From assembly GCA_037917685.1 (NCBI GenBank), contig JAVCBU010000001.1, forward strand, positions 1 through 60,824: a stretch of DNA of 60,824 nt. Reading direction: 5' to 3'. The notes under the pieces were generated by a model. It had not been told where the DNA came from. It saw only the letters and a program-made list of their open reading frames with translations, and did no database searches. Positions 19,934-29,663 of this stretch are shown here, one piece after another. The DNA is from Thermoproteota archaeon (GTDB lineage: Archaea > Korarchaeota > Korarchaeia > Korarchaeales > JAOZGB01). The first letter of the stretch is position 1. Every line of letters starts with the position of its first letter. Both the position numbers and the translations under genes were made by a program.

Positions 19934-20892
19934 TAGATCTTCCTCCTCTTTAATCTATGAAGGACAGCGTAAATTTTACCCAAAATATCATGAATAGCTT
20001 CCCTAGCAAAAACTCCTGGTGGGGCCTTCTTAAAGAACGGTGAATATGGCTCATCTGGAAAATCAGGTTCTGTACATCCAATGCATATAGAGCCGGTAGT
20101 TGGACATCCTCCAACACCATCCATGAACCCTCTTTGTGGAACGTCACAATGTGTGATTGGCCCTTTACAACCCAATAGCCCCATGCAATATGGTTCACCG
20201 AAGTTTTTAGAGTATTTTCCTTCTGCAAAGAACCCTGCTCTTGGACAGCTTTCATGAGCCAATTTACCAAAGATGAAAAGTGGTCTATTATATTCGTCTA
20301 GAGCTGGCGGAGGTAAGAGTCCTCTAACAGTTAATACTAGGTGAGTTAAAGTTTCTGTAATGTGATCTCCTTGGGCTGGACATCCTGGTATACAAATTAC
20401 TGGAATTCCCAGTTTACTTTTCCACTCTTTACCAAAGTACTGGAACGCGCCCTTAGCTCCCGTAGGATTAGGACGCCCATGGGGAATCCCACCATAGGCA
20501 GCGCATGTACCAACTGCAACAAGTGCTGCAGCTTTTTCGGCAAGTTTATCAAGCCAATCGTTGAACGTCAATGTCTTGCCGTTTTCTTCACCCATCATGC
20601 ACCAAAAACCATTGGTTTTCTTGGCTAAACTTTCATCTGGAATAGATCCCTCTAGTACTAGCACGAATGGATCCAGTTTTCCTTCAATGGCTGCTTTTAG
20701 GTTTTTAAGAGCTTCTTCTCCGTGAGGAAGCATTAGAGTTGGATGATATTGAAGAACAATTCCTGTTGCTTGAGGAAGAAATCCATATAAAATGTCGACC
20801 AAGCTTGGATAAGCTGCGCCAGCTATTGAAACGGTGTCTCCTGTGCATCCTTGGCCTTGCAGCCAGATTACATTAATCCTCTCCACACTCAA
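19933..20892 (-). CDS. [NiFe] hydrogenase small subunit (no Tat signal, CxxD proximal ligand)
   Basis: WLQGQGCTGD, GTCAAYGG, PGCP, HESCPR, GCKGP, GGCPTTGSICIGC. Confidence 0.93.
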   Translation of the reverse strand: MSVERINVIWLQGQGCTGDTVSIAGAAYPSLVDILYGFLPQATGIVLQYHPTLMLPHGEEALKNLKAAIEGKLDPFVLVLEGSIPDESLAKKTNGFWCMMGEENGKTLTFNDWLDKLAEKAAALVAVGTCAAYGGIPHGRPNPTGAKGAFQYFGKEWKSKLGIPVICIPGCPAQGDHITETLTHLVLTVRGLLPPPALDEYNRPLFIFGKLAHESCPRAGFFAEGKYSKNFGEPYCMGLLGCKGPITHCDVPQRGFMDGVGGCPTTGSICIGCTEPDFPDEPYSPFFKKAPPGVFAREAIHDILGKIYAVLHRLKRRKI

Positions 20893-21136
20893 TTAGATCA
20901 CCTTAAGTGCCTATATTTTAATGTTTTATATAATTTTTCTTTTGAACCTATAATATATTTCTAGTTGAGTTTTATTTACTTACTTCTCTTTTTTGTTTGC
21001 CTTTTACTTATATTTTATATTTTGAAAAATGTATTAAGTAAAGCTGTACAGTCAGATAAGTAAAATGATTTAATGAACTATGCGGCTCTTGTTACTGTTT
21101 TTCGGCCTGAAATTGTAGGTATTACTAAGATAATGC

Positions 21137-22087
21137 CTACGAGGTATTTTTGGATAAACTTTGTTTAATTATCCTTTGCCTAAGCCGGCAGAACGAGCAT
21201 ATATCTGTGGATGTTGCCATACCACATATTTTACACTTTTTGATTTTTTCTTCTCTAATGGTTTGAAGTGACGGTTTAATTTTTTTATAAAATCCCCTAA
21301 CCATCGTTAGGGCTGAACCAGGCCTTATATCTTCAAGTTTTTTAATAATTGCTTTAAGTTTTAGCAATGGAGCGTCTTCAGAGTATGGACAAATTACATC
21401 AACGTAGTTTAAGTTTTTGAAGTTTGCATAGAGTGATATTTCATCTTCATATGTTTCAAAAAATGGTTTTATTCTGCTTACAAGCACATTTTCGAATGAT
21501 GGTTGAACTGGTCCGAACTTTGAGAGTACATATATGTCAGAATTAATCAGGTTTTGAAGAAGAACTGTCGCTTCGTCGTCGAGGTTATGTCCTGTGGCAA
21601 CTTTATCAGCAGAAAATTCAATAGCTTTTCTGTTAAGTACGTAGCGTTTAATTAGCCCACAAACGGAACACATTGGTCTTTTTAATTTTTCTGTGAGAAT
21701 TTTGTCGATCGACAAGCCATATTCATCTTGTATTTTTACTATGTTAGCATCTAATCCGAGGCTTTTACAGTTTTCCTCTACTACCTTAACGCTAATTTGG
21801 GAATAGTTGTTGGGTTGAATACCTAAGTCTATAAACAGGGGGATAATCTCGAATTTCAAGACATTTTGAAAATTCGCGAGCAAATGGAGAAGTGTTACGC
21901 TGTCTTTTCCTCCACTAACTCCGAGCAAAACTTTATCTCCTTCTTTTATCATTTTATACTTTTGAATTGTTCTAAGCACTCGTTTTTCAAAGTATTCTGT
22001 AAAATGGTCCTTACATACTAGAAGCCCAGAGTATCGTATTCTTACAGCAGCGGGCTTAGAACAGAATTTACAGTATTTAACGAACAT
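21137..22087 (-). CDS. ttuA: tRNA 2-thiouridine synthetase, TtuA/NcsA (TIGR00269-like)
   Basis: N- and C-terminal zinc fingers, PP-loop SGGKDS, CSVCG, TGHNLDDE, CPY. Confidence 0.88.
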   Translation of the reverse strand: MFVKYCKFCSKPAAVRIRYSGLLVCKDHFTEYFEKRVLRTIQKYKMIKEGDKVLLGVSGGKDSVTLLHLLANFQNVLKFEIIPLFIDLGIQPNNYSQISVKVVEENCKSLGLDANIVKIQDEYGLSIDKILTEKLKRPMCSVCGLIKRYVLNRKAIEFSADKVATGHNLDDEATVLLQNLINSDIYVLSKFGPVQPSFENVLVSRIKPFFETYEDEISLYANFKNLNYVDVICPYSEDAPLLKLKAIIKKLEDIRPGSALTMVRGFYKKIKPSLQTIREEKIKKCKICGMATSTDICSFCRLRQRIIKQSLSKNTS

Positions 22088-22309
22088 AGCAGCACCCGAA
22101 ATTAACATTCTTAACGATCTAATTACCTAGTATGGAAATTATTGAAATGTAGTAGAAATTATCGTTAGCGTTTACATAAAATATGAAACTTAAAACTTAA
22201 TTATAAATGCAATTTTGGTAGCTTACATAATGTGACGGTAATTTGCTATTTAGATACTTTAGCAAAAGAAAGTTCAAAGAAAAATAACTTAAATAAATAA
22301 TGATAATAG

Positions 22310-22927
22310 TTACGTTTTAAAGAGTAAGCTAGCTACATTTACACGAAGCTGGGCTCGCAGCCTCTCGAATCTTGCCTCAAAAGTGTTATCAACTGTAAAG
22401 AGTTGGTCCTTTGACCTAACTATTACCCCACCAATGCTTCTAACCCTGTTTTTCGATATAGTAAATGAAGTTGGTCTTCCTGTCCGTTCTTCAACTTCTC
22501 TTGCTATTTTTGCTAAATCAAGATTAACATTTGTGTTTTCTGGAAGGAGGACCTCCAAATCTCCGCCACCTATAATCATTGCTGCATCTTTAATGAGATT
22601 TTCCAGCGCAGCCTTATATTGTGTGCTTTGTGAAAATCCTTTTAGCCTTTTAACGGCTTCATCAAAAACCTCTGATATTAGCTGTTCTTTAGCATTGAGT
22701 ATCTTTAGTCTTGCTTCCAGTTTTGCTTCTGACAGTATGCGGCGGGCTTGGCTTTCAGCTTCAGCTCTTTTCCTATCAATTATCTCTTTTGCTGCCTTTT
22801 CTGCTTCTTGTTGAGCTTTATTAAGAACCTCTTTAGCTTTTTCTTTTGCTTTGGCTGTGATATTTTCTGCTTTTTCCTTTGCTTCTTTGATTATAATCTC
22901 TTCAATTTTTTCTACACGCTCGCTCAA
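22310..22927 (-). CDS. atpE: A/V-type ATP synthase subunit E
   Basis: N-terminal coiled coil, GGVIV, VDNTFEAR. Confidence 0.92.
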   Translation of the reverse strand: MSERVEKIEEIIIKEAKEKAENITAKAKEKAKEVLNKAQQEAEKAAKEIIDRKRAEAESQARRILSEAKLEARLKILNAKEQLISEVFDEAVKRLKGFSQSTQYKAALENLIKDAAMIIGGGDLEVLLPENTNVNLDLAKIAREVEERTGRPTSFTISKNRVRSIGGVIVRSKDQLFTVDNTFEARFERLRAQLRVNVASLLFKT

Positions 22928-23265
22928 CTCGTTACGCCCCCAGTTATTACATTTATGATTAGTTTTACAGCTTCTTCAAATTGTCCGCGGACTTCTGTTC
23001 TTAATTTTTCTGCTTGTTTCTCCGCTTCCTCGATTATTTTCTTTGCTTCCGCTTCCGCCCTTGTCAAGATGTTCTTCCAGATTTTTTCTGCTTCCAATTG
23101 TGCTTCCTTTAAGACTTTTTCCCTCATATTTTCTGCTTCTCTTTTTGCCTGACTAATAATTTCCTCAGCTTTTTTCTCTGCTTCAGTAATTATCTCTTTT
23201 GCTCTAGTTTCAACCTCACTTATCATTTCTATGAGTCTACTAGCCAATTTAACCCCCTGCGTCAA
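22924..23265 (-). CDS. atpH: A/V-type ATP synthase subunit H/G (peripheral stalk)
   Basis: EAEKKAEEII-type coiled coil; overlaps the atpE start. Confidence 0.8.
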   Translation of the reverse strand: MTQGVKLASRLIEMISEVETRAKEIITEAEKKAEEIISQAKREAENMREKVLKEAQLEAEKIWKNILTRAEAEAKKIIEEAEKQAEKLRTEVRGQFEEAVKLIINVITGGVTS

Positions 23266-23403
23266 GCTTTAATCCAAGTTTTTGGAAAAACTTAAGGTAC
23301 TAAATTGTGTTTTAATTCTATCCTTTTAAGTATTAGGGCGAAAACTTTTTAGAGTATAATTACAATAAAACAGTGCACACAGCGATAGTAGCTCCAGCGA
23401 GGT

Positions 23404-23697
23404 ATGGGAATGGGCTTAGGACTTACATTCAAAATTGCTCTAATTGCACCCTTAATTTTGTTTGTGGTTTTAGCTGGTAAATTAAAAAAAGTAGTTGATA
23501 TGGTTGTTTTATTTAGTCTAACAAATACGGTTCTAAGCGCGATTTTCTACGTGTTTTATGTACCTCATTTGGCAGTTATTAACCCTCTAGTGCATATTGG
23601 TACTGTTTCGATTATTTTCTTGGCAGTTTTGGGTTTAATAACGTCTAAAAATTTGTTTGATATAATTTCGAATGTTAAAAATAGGAGATTAAATTGA
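23404..23697 (+). CDS. Small membrane protein, distant NuoJ-N/DUF4040-like
   Basis: Three hydrophobic helices; AIFYVFYVPHLAV pattern echoes the NuoJ YYLLGAPFVA motif; 17 bp upstream of nuoL. Confidence 0.55.
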   Translation: MGMGLGLTFKIALIAPLILFVVLAGKLKKVVDMVVLFSLTNTVLSAIFYVFYVPHLAVINPLVHIGTVSIIFLAVLGLITSKNLFDIISNVKNRRLN

Positions 23698-23714
23698 TGG
23701 GAGGCTGTTAAGTC

Positions 23715-25811
23715 ATGTTGCCCCTAGCACCGTGGCTATGTTGGGGAATTCCTGTAATAGGTGCATTGTTAACACCCTTATTGGCGAAAATTCGTCCAAA
23801 AGTAAGAGATTATGGAGCAGTTCTTTTCAGCATTGTCGGTTTCATATTTGCCCTTTCAATGGTACCTGACATTTTCGCAGGGAAAGTTGTAAATTGGTTT
23901 ACCGGCAAAGTGCTTAGCAACAGTATCCCATATGAATCAAAAGTGGTATGGATTTCCAAATTCGGTATTGAGATGGGAGTCTTGGTTGACCCACTTAGCG
24001 TATTTATGGCAAATATTGCAAATGGTCTTGGTGCTCTAATTATGGTTTATGCATTAGGATATATGCATGGAGACCCCGACTTGACCAGATATTGGTTCTT
24101 CAAGAACTTCTTCATCGGAGGAATGGTACTTCTAGTTATGGCAAATAACTTTCTACAAATGTTTGTAGGTTGGGAAATTGTCGGAATGTGTTCATATGCT
24201 TTGATAGGTTTCTGGCATAAGAAAACAGAACCCAGTCCAGTTCCAGACTACAAGACTGAAGGTGAATATAACGCTATGTGCGGAATGAAGGCATTCATTA
24301 CGACACGTATAGGAGATGTAGCACTCCTAATAGCAATATTAACGATTTACGCTTCAACTTTAAAGGCGGGACACCCAACATTCAACTTTTTAGAACTTAG
24401 GGAAGAAGTAGAGTGGGCAAGAATCCTTATAGCAGGCGGATTACTAATACCGACGGTGATATTACTTTTCGGTGGACCAGTAGGTAAAAGTGCTCAATTC
24501 CCATTACATGTATGGTTGCCAGAAGCTATGGCAGGTCCAACAACAGTTTCTGCACTTATACATGCTGCAACAATGGTAAAGGCTGGTGTTTACCTAGTTG
24601 CCAGAGTATTACCAATATTTGTTGAAGTATTTAAAGTAATTAACTTTACTAACGCTTTATACACGTTTTCAATGATAGTTGCATGTATAGGTGCCTTTAC
24701 AGCGTTCCTAGCTGCAACTATGGGTATGGTGGCAAGAGAAGTTAAAAAAGTGTTAGCTTATTCGACTATTTCACAAATAGGATATATGATGCTCGCACTT
24801 GGAATAGGAGGGCTAATTGGGTATGTTGCGGGAGAAATAGCTGAGGGATACTATGCTGGAACATTCCACTTAATGTCGCACGCAGTTTTCAAAGCACTTT
24901 TATTTCTTTCAGCTGGTGCAGTTCTTCACGCTACCGAGACAAAAGATATGTTTGAAATGGGAGGATTAAGGCAGTATATGCCGATAACATACAAATGCAT
25001 GTCTATTGGTGCTTTGTCGCTTGCTGGTATACCTCCTCTCAGTGGCTTCTGGTCAAAAGAGACAATATTTGACGCTGCATGGGTACTTGCGAAGGAAGCT
25101 TACAAACATGGTTATACTCTTATCGGTGTAACTGGTTACATCTTACTTTTCTTGGCAGTGGTAACCGCTGCGATGACATTGTTCTATAGCATTAGAATGA
25201 TAGCTATAATATTCATATGGCCTGAAAGCGAATATCTTAAGGAAAGGGAGCGAAAGGGTGAGCATGTACATGAAGCTCCTCCTGTAATGTGGGTTCCCTT
25301 AGCTGTTCTAGCTACTGTGTCAGTTATAGGTGGTTTATTTGCTCCTACATTTCAAGTTTTTATGTTTAAAGGATGGGAGGAAATAGAGGTTCATGTAGGA
25401 ATTGAAATATTTCTAAAAACTGTGGCTTCTCCAACAATTTTTATGACGCTAGGTGCTTTTGCTCTTGGAGGGATTCCTGCATACTACTTCTATTTGGGCC
25501 GCAAAATAGATCCAGGAGAATTCTTAGAGAAACATGGGTTCTTCCGTGCTGTACATAGTTTCTTCTATAATAGATGGTATATTAACGATTTCTACACTAA
25601 GGTGATTGTTGGAGGATTCATAAAGCTTAGCAACGGGATTTACAAGTTCTTTGAACAAGCTGTAATTGATAGATTCAACTATGCGCTAGCGTGGGTAATG
25701 CGCGGCTTTACTCAGATATTTAGGAAATCGCATACAGGCGATTTAAATTATAATATGATCGCTGTAGCACTGGGTGTAATTGCAATATTACTACTACTAT
25801 TCCTTGGTTAG
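23715..25811 (+). CDS. nuoL: Complex I-like subunit L
   Basis: DPLS, GWEIVG, KAFITTRIGD, GKSAQFPLHVWLPEAMAGPTTVSALIHAATMV, HAVFKALLFL. Confidence 0.95.
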   Translation: MLPLAPWLCWGIPVIGALLTPLLAKIRPKVRDYGAVLFSIVGFIFALSMVPDIFAGKVVNWFTGKVLSNSIPYESKVVWISKFGIEMGVLVDPLSVFMANIANGLGALIMVYALGYMHGDPDLTRYWFFKNFFIGGMVLLVMANNFLQMFVGWEIVGMCSYALIGFWHKKTEPSPVPDYKTEGEYNAMCGMKAFITTRIGDVALLIAILTIYASTLKAGHPTFNFLELREEVEWARILIAGGLLIPTVILLFGGPVGKSAQFPLHVWLPEAMAGPTTVSALIHAATMVKAGVYLVARVLPIFVEVFKVINFTNALYTFSMIVACIGAFTAFLAATMGMVAREVKKVLAYSTISQIGYMMLALGIGGLIGYVAGEIAEGYYAGTFHLMSHAVFKALLFLSAGAVLHATETKDMFEMGGLRQYMPITYKCMSIGALSLAGIPPLSGFWSKETIFDAAWVLAKEAYKHGYTLIGVTGYILLFLAVVTAAMTLFYSIRMIAIIFIWPESEYLKERERKGEHVHEAPPVMWVPLAVLATVSVIGGLFAPTFQVFMFKGWEEIEVHVGIEIFLKTVASPTIFMTLGAFALGGIPAYYFYLGRKIDPGEFLEKHGFFRAVHSFFYNRWYINDFYTKVIVGGFIKLSNGIYKFFEQAVIDRFNYALAWVMRGFTQIFRKSHTGDLNYNMIAVALGVIAILLLLFLG

Positions 25812-25823
25812 GGAGGGAGAAAA

Positions 25824-27335
25824 ATGATCGACCCGCTCTTATTTACGCTTGTCTTGCTTATTGTTGGCGCAACAATAGTTTATGTTATAGGTAGAGAATC
25901 AACAAAAGCTGCAGGATGGTTAGCCTTTGCACTGTCCTTTGCATCTCTAGCAATATTTTCAATAAGTATAGTGCCTGAGGTTCTTAAAGAAGGTTTATAT
26001 TTGAAGGAATATTCATGGGCTGAGATTATTGGTTTAACATTCGGGCTACGGGCAGACAGTCTGAGTTCACCGATTGCAGGAATAATATTGCTTTTATGTA
26101 CACTTGCCACATTATATTCCATAGAGTATATGTCACATGAACATGATCAAGAATTATATTTCGCACTTCTACTTCTTTATATAGCGGGTATGTTCGGCGT
26201 TGTTCTTGCAACTAATTTAATTCAATTTTATATTTTCTGGGAATTAATGTTAATTCCATCATGGTTGCTCATCGCGCGATGGGGAACATCGGAAAAAGCC
26301 GATTTAATAGCTTTTAAGTACTTTATGTTCACACATTTAGGTGCTCTCTGTATAATCCTCGGTATTGCTGCAACATGGAGCTTAACATCAACTTTTGACT
26401 TATACTCGGCAGAAATGGTCAGTGGTATCGCGGCAGCTCCAGCATCAACCCTTAAACTAATAGTGATTCTATTTATGCTGGGTTTCGCAGTAAAAATGGC
26501 ATTATTTCCATTGCACAACTGGTTACCAGATGCTCATGCCGAAGCCCCCACCCCAATAAGCGTTATTCTTTCAGGTGTTATGATAGAATGCGGGACTTAT
26601 GCAGTTGCTAGGATCCTTCTCACCTTCTTCGGAACTATATTTGTAACATATACGATAGCATTCATGACAATAGCTGTAATAACGATGATTTATGGAGGAG
26701 TACTAGCTTTAGCTCAAAATGACCTTAAAAGGTTATTTGCATGTTCAAGTATATCACAAATGGGTTACATGTTTTTAGGGCTATCTGCAGCTACGGAATA
26801 TGGAATTGCTGGGTCGATGTTTCACATAATTAATCATGCTATATGTAAGGGTCTTCTCTTCATGGTAGCAGGTGTTCTGATGCATCAAATAGATCCAATA
26901 AAAGGTAGAGACATGAGTAAATTGGGAGGACTAGCTGGGAAAATGCCAATAACTGCCACTATAACACTTATCGCAGGATTATCAATAGCAGGGACACCGC
27001 CACTCAATGGTTTCTGGAGTGAAGTTTGGATCTTTGCAGGGGTTTTCGAATTAGGGTTCGCCTCGAAAGGCAATATGACTTCGGTGCTTTTAATTGCGGC
27101 ATTAGCTGTAATTTCAACTGTGATAACTGCTGGTTATATACTGTGGATGATAAAAAGGGTGTTCTTCGGCCCGCCGAGAGAAGAATTCGAAAACGTTAAA
27201 GAACCTCCATTGACCATGTTAGCCCCGATGGCATTTCTAGCCTTCCTTGCAGTCCTATTGGGCTTCTACCCTGATCTTGTACTAAAAATAGTTGCCTCAG
27301 CGGCGGAAGAAATATCAAAACTAATTAGTAGATAA
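25824..27335 (+). CDS. nuoM: Complex I-like subunit M
   Basis: FYIFWELMLIP, VKMALFPLHNWLPDAHAEAP, GFWSE. Confidence 0.93.
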   Translation: MIDPLLFTLVLLIVGATIVYVIGRESTKAAGWLAFALSFASLAIFSISIVPEVLKEGLYLKEYSWAEIIGLTFGLRADSLSSPIAGIILLLCTLATLYSIEYMSHEHDQELYFALLLLYIAGMFGVVLATNLIQFYIFWELMLIPSWLLIARWGTSEKADLIAFKYFMFTHLGALCIILGIAATWSLTSTFDLYSAEMVSGIAAAPASTLKLIVILFMLGFAVKMALFPLHNWLPDAHAEAPTPISVILSGVMIECGTYAVARILLTFFGTIFVTYTIAFMTIAVITMIYGGVLALAQNDLKRLFACSSISQMGYMFLGLSAATEYGIAGSMFHIINHAICKGLLFMVAGVLMHQIDPIKGRDMSKLGGLAGKMPITATITLIAGLSIAGTPPLNGFWSEVWIFAGVFELGFASKGNMTSVLLIAALAVISTVITAGYILWMIKRVFFGPPREEFENVKEPPLTMLAPMAFLAFLAVLLGFYPDLVLKIVASAAEEISKLISR

Positions 27336-27558
27336 AAATAATTAAAAATAATTTATTGATGTTTGTATACGATGAATTCCTACTAAAGGCCTTGCCACGC
27401 AATAACCATAATTAGTTATTAGGCATAATAGTGCTAGGACATGGAATTATTGAAATACTGAAAAGTTTAATTTAATTAATAAAGCAAAAGCGTTAAAACA
27501 TGTTTATGTTCCGATTAACTGCGAAAATAAAATAAAGTATTACTGTGGTGAGGCAGAG

Positions 27559-28623
27559 GTGAGTAGCGTATCAAAATATGCCTATATAAATGCGAAAGTC
27601 AGAGGAATGATGGGTAGATTACTTACCAAGGAAGCTATAGATTCTTTGATTGGTGCTGAGAGTTTTCAAACTATGGTGAGATTATTGGAACAGAGCGCTT
27701 ACGGTTCAAGACTAGTTGAGTTACCTTTCGAAGAAATAAATTCAAGAAATCTAGATAGAGTTTTCTCCGAAGACTTTATAGAAGCTTTTAATGCTGTCTA
27801 CAGGTCTTCTCCTAACAAAATACGAGAATTTTTAGATAATGTGCGGATGAAATTTGAAGCCAGAACACTTAAGACTCTTATAAGAGTTAAGGTTGCGAAT
27901 TTACCGCTAGAGGAAGCTATGCGATATGTAATACCCGTCGGTATTCTTACAATGGATTTATGTGAGGAATTGTTAAGGAAGAAGGATTTAAGAGAAATGG
28001 TTGATGCTATTCCAATTAAAATCTTTAAGGAAGCCATAAAAGAAAAATGGAGATACTACGAAGAAACTGAAAACATCTTCCCTTTTGAGGTAGCTATCGA
28101 TAAAACAGCTTTCGAAGAAATATGGAGATATATTGAGGATAATATGGGAGGTATAGATAAACAAGCGGCAGAACGTGTAGTAGGAACCGAAATAGATACA
28201 ATAAACATTAAGATAATATTAAGAGGAAAGTCTTTAGATCTTAATCCCTCCACTATTCAAGACTTTTTACTTAAGACAAAATATAAATTAAAGAAAGAAG
28301 CTGTAGAAAGAAGTTTGTACGCAAAAAACATTATAGAGGCTGCCGAAGCACTAGCAGTTTACCCCTATGAAACCGTTATGCATAGAGCTCTAAGAATGTA
28401 TGAGGAAGAGAAGTCTTTAACAGCTTTCGAAGTAGAACTTGATAAACTTGTTTACGATATGAGCAGGAAAGTGGGGCTTGGATACCCATTCCAGATAGGT
28501 ACCATACTGTGTTATCTCAACTTAAAGTGGTTTGAGATAAAGAACCTAAAAACAATAGTTGTAGGGAAAGAAGAGAGAATTATACCACTACATATAAGGA
28601 AATACTTAATATATGGAGAATAA
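27559..28623 (+). CDS. atpC: A/V-type ATP synthase subunit C
   Basis: YAYINAKVRGM..RLL, EIDTINIK, EIKNLK. Confidence 0.92.
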   Translation: MSSVSKYAYINAKVRGMMGRLLTKEAIDSLIGAESFQTMVRLLEQSAYGSRLVELPFEEINSRNLDRVFSEDFIEAFNAVYRSSPNKIREFLDNVRMKFEARTLKTLIRVKVANLPLEEAMRYVIPVGILTMDLCEELLRKKDLREMVDAIPIKIFKEAIKEKWRYYEETENIFPFEVAIDKTAFEEIWRYIEDNMGGIDKQAAERVVGTEIDTINIKIILRGKSLDLNPSTIQDFLLKTKYKLKKEAVERSLYAKNIIEAAEALAVYPYETVMHRALRMYEEEKSLTAFEVELDKLVYDMSRKVGLGYPFQIGTILCYLNLKWFEIKNLKTIVVGKEERIIPLHIRKYLIYGE

Positions 28624-28659
28624 TTATTATCTACCAGAAACCCCTGGAAGGACGTATCA

Positions 28660-28887
28660 ATGGTGAATGAGGAAAGGGCTGCTTGGAGTGAACTTTTTAA
28701 ATATTCTGGTATTGTGCTTGATATCGTAATTTTTGCTGCTATCGGATACATAATTGGCCAGCAATATGGTAATGAAGTTCTTGGTACATTAATAGGTACC
28801 CTTGTTGGCACTTTTGTAATGTGGTTTCACTTATTCTGGGTGACCGGAGTAATTAAAGGTAGGAAAAGAAACAAAATAAAATTTTAA
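28660..28887 (+). CDS. AtpZ/AtpI-like small two-TM membrane protein
   Basis: IFAAIGYIIG...GTLIGTLVG pattern; located in the ATPase cluster. Confidence 0.65.
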   Translation: MVNEERAAWSELFKYSGIVLDIVIFAAIGYIIGQQYGNEVLGTLIGTLVGTFVMWFHLFWVTGVIKGRKRNKIKF

Positions 28888-28936
28888 CTTTTTTGGCCAC
28901 CTTATTATCTTTAGGGCTTAATGAAAATTTAGGGCT

Positions 28937-29161
28937 TTATATTTGCATCAGTATCATGAACGATATCAGAAGCCCGTATATAGCTAATGCTTCCGCTAAG
29001 ACGACAGCAATCAAACTTTTTGTAAAAGCCTCAGGCCTCTCTGTCACAGCTCCAGACATAGCAGCACCCGAATACGCTATTCCAAAACCCGCACCCAAAG
29101 AACTTAATCCAACAGCACAAGAAGCTCCTAATACAGCTAACGCAACAGCTGTCATTTCCAA
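28937..29161 (-). CDS. atpK: A-type ATPase proteolipid c (K), single hairpin
   Basis: GLSSLGAGFG, ERPE loop, VLAEALAIYG carrying the essential Glu. Confidence 0.92.
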   Translation of the reverse strand: MEMTAVALAVLGASCAVGLSSLGAGFGIAYSGAAMSGAVTERPEAFTKSLIAVVLAEALAIYGLLISFMILMQI

Positions 29162-29413
29162 TTGTTTAACCTCCCGATAAATGAAATTTAATTTGTAATT
29201 TTTATTTTCGCGTCTGTTTTTCGGCGTTTTAGGTTTGCGATAATAATTTAGGCTCTTCTATATAAGTTTTCCGATATCTCACAAGAATACGTAAGATAAA
29301 AATATCTAAAAAGGAAAGCGTATTTTTTCTTTCGTTTTGATCTGCTACAAAGTTGTTTTTAACTATAGCAAGAAAACTTAATGGACATCGAAATTTTAAA
29401 TATAATGAAATTT

Positions 29414-29641
29414 TTAATGTTTTTTCATCTCTGTCTTCTCTAACTGTTTTATCATTGTATACATGGAGAGTACTCCTAAGAAATAGCCGAGTAGGCCGAA
29501 TGGCAGGATAGCTTGCCAGCCGAAAGTTACATATCCAATATAAGCTAAGATAAATGTCATTATTGGGAGGTCGGTACTAAGTCCAAGTACTTTGAATACC
29601 TTTAATGAACTGTTTCTGTTTTTTGAAGAGCTTCTCTGCAT
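29414..29641 (-). CDS. Second AtpZ/AtpI-like small membrane protein
   Basis: Two TM helices, LAYIGY...FGLLGYFLG; directly downstream of the large c subunit. Confidence 0.6.
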   Translation of the reverse strand: MQRSSSKNRNSSLKVFKVLGLSTDLPIMTFILAYIGYVTFGWQAILPFGLLGYFLGVLSMYTMIKQLEKTEMKKH

Positions 29642-29663
29642 CTCTCTCCCCGTGGACTTACTT

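Noticed and set aside
22310-23265. Repetitive EAEKKA-like sequence as a tandem repeat element
   Set aside because: Ordinary coiled coil of ATPase stalk subunits E and H.
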